From assembly GCA_051294375.1 (NCBI GenBank), contig JBJCIZ010000885.1:1-6957 (forward strand): a stretch of 6,957 bases of DNA, written 5' to 3'. The notes under the pieces were generated by a model. That model was given only the letters and a program-made list of their open reading frames with translations, did no database searches and was not told where the DNA came from. This stretch comes from Paraspadella gotoi (lineage: Eukaryota; Animalia; Chaetognatha). Shown one piece after another: positions 6,316 to 6,957 of this stretch. The position numbers and the translations under genes are program-made. Each line of letters starts with the position of its first letter. The first letter of the stretch is position 1.

Positions 6316-6382
6316 AACCGGAAGTAAGCTCAAAATAACCGGAAGTAAGTCCAAAAAAACCGGAAGTAGTGTTAAAATAACC
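6316..6382 (+). repeat. 21-bp tandem repeat (about 3.2 copies), each with ACCGGAAGT
   Basis: AACCGGAAGTA at 6316, 6337 and 6358, with a partial AACC at 6379. Confidence 0.9.
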
Positions 6383-6498
6383 TTTAATAAAAAAAACGAA
6401 TAAAAATGATAAAATTTTTGACAAAGGCAATTGAAAGAAGTGAATATGACTGCAACACAGGGAGTAGGGAGATACAGTACAATAAATGTTATGCAAGG

Positions 6499-6527
6499 AG
6501 AGAGAGAGAGAGACAAAGGGAGAGAGA
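6499..6527. repeat. Interrupted (GA)n microsatellite
   Basis: AGAGAGAGAGAGAGACAAAGGGAGAGAGA. Confidence 0.8.
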
Positions 6528-6957
6528 CAAAAAAGCGAGCGATATAGGTTGTCAACAAAGAACTGGGAAACGACATTGGCTAGAGGTGAAGACAGCTTAA
6601 GTTAAGGAGAGGAGAAATAGAGAGAAAGTGAAGGAAAATGAAATAAAGTCATTTAAAATATAAGCGAAAATTGTTTGGATATTTTTAAATTGAATAATGT
6701 ATAACAATAATAATTTAATGACTAAAATTAAATTATCAATTTAAAAAATTTAAATAGTGGAAATGAAACCATGAAATAGTGAAACAGATAGATAGGGTTA
6801 CAATAAGTGAAAAGAAAGTAAAAATTTAAGATAAAAAAGAGCTCAAAATAGAGCTGCCTCCCTAATAGGATAATGGAAAGTCATTGCCTGTTTGGATCAT
6901 GGATTAGTGATTGGCTGTGAGGAAAGTGATATCTAGTTGGTTTTGTTTGGATCAAAA

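Noticed and set aside
6889-6954. 11-bp direct repeat TGTTTGGATCA, 55 bp apart
   Set aside because: The intervening sequence is not repeated and the second copy is at the window edge, so there is too little to interpret.

Overview
Eukaryotic (probably invertebrate) repeat-rich DNA with no host gene evident. Positions 1-4214 are the 3' part of a Ty3/gypsy LTR retrotransposon on the + strand, probably CsRn1-like: Gag C-terminus, protease, RT (YLDD), RNase H, integrase with GPY/F and AT-hook tail, polypurine tract and a 234-bp 3' LTR (3981-4214). Its reading frame is broken by many 1-nt indels and by a deletion of the second integrase catalytic Asp. Just downstream, 4247-4839 is an asymmetric fold-back (inverted repeat). 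Its right arm holds a complete minimal type I hammerhead ribozyme (4747-4790) of the kind carried by Penelope-like elements, and its left arm holds an inverted, disabled half-copy. About 4989-5929 is a second, GC-richer insertion (possibly another LTR) containing a 15-bp stem with a GNRA-capped hairpin and a four-copy GC-rich minisatellite. The AT-rich end carries a 21-bp tandem repeat of an ETS-type motif. All calls were made by eye; no searches or folding programs were run.
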